From NCBI GenBank assembly GCA_050248855.1, contig JBFWRP010000027.1, forward strand, positions 1-59,675: a stretch of 59,675 nucleotides of DNA. Direction: 5' to 3'. The notes beneath the pieces are model-generated. The model had not been told where the DNA came from, did no database searches, and saw only the letters and a program-made list of their open reading frames with translations. The position numbers and the translations under genes are program-made. This DNA comes from Planctomycetota bacterium (GTDB taxonomy: Bacteria; Planctomycetota; PLA2; JAEUHO01). Shown one piece after another: positions 59,319 to 59,675 of this stretch. Position 1 is the stretch's first letter. Each line of letters opens with the position of its first letter.

Positions 59319-59604
59319 GACACTCCTCCTTCGACCGGGTGGGAGCCGCACCGCTCTGGTGCCGCGGCCCGGCAGGGCGCTCTCGAAACCGGACATGACG
59401 TCGGACCCGGAGCGAGGAGGTGTCTCGCCGACCACGCCGACGAGTCGGCACGGCGACCTCTTCGCACGTCCTCTTGGGGCCGGGGGTCGCGGCGAGATCG
59501 CGTGAGCGAGCCTCTCACGCGCCTGCTGCAAGCCCCTCCTCGCCCCGGGCCACAACGCGCTGTGGCGAGTCGATCACGGGGTGCCGGTCGGTCAAGCGGA
59601 AAAA

Positions 59605-59651
59605 ACACAAGATCTGGTGGGCGATGGGCGGTTCCCCCACCAGACCTTCAC
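59605..59651. promoter_or_regulatory. Putative tandem NrdR boxes
   Basis: ACACAAGATCTGGTG at 59605 resembles acaCwAtATaTwGtg; weaker CACCAGACCTTCAC lies 32 bp away. Confidence 0.55.
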
Positions 59652-59675
59652 CCCCCGCGACGGACGAGCGAGGGG

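Overview
Very GC-rich bacterial chromosomal segment, probably from a Planctomycetota-like organism. This is an inference from gene content (DUF6677-like protein, Ser/Thr kinase-FGE fusion, pilin type), not a database result. Left to right it contains: (1) an accessory region at 1-4700 (VOC protein, degenerate nucleotidyltransferase, CGGTACGC tandem repeat, DUF4160/DUF2442 toxin-antitoxin pair) downstream of tRNA-Pro(CGG), with extra tRNA 3'-end copies and a palindromic tRNA-fragment element; (2) an orphan eboB-eboA pair; (3) an MscK-like channel apparently split into two genes; (4) a nucleotidyltransferase, a beta-helix/PA14 protein, two methyltransferases and an HtrA protease; (5) a K+-dependent, probably Na+-pumping pyrophosphatase downstream of an Mrp operon with three MrpD paralogs; (6) a signalling cluster: ECF sigma plus a zinc anti-sigma with a putative ARPP-1/DUF6569-like domain, divergent from an NtrX/NtrY-like two-component system and a Ser/Thr kinase; (7) a HAD hydrolase, priA and a thioesterase; (8) a type IV pilus/competence locus (two OmpA/MotB lipoproteins, pilT-pilB-pilC, two pilins, dprA) with a shared sigma28-like promoter motif; (9) probable tandem NrdR boxes at the right edge. 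All family calls come from reading motifs by eye; no searches were run.
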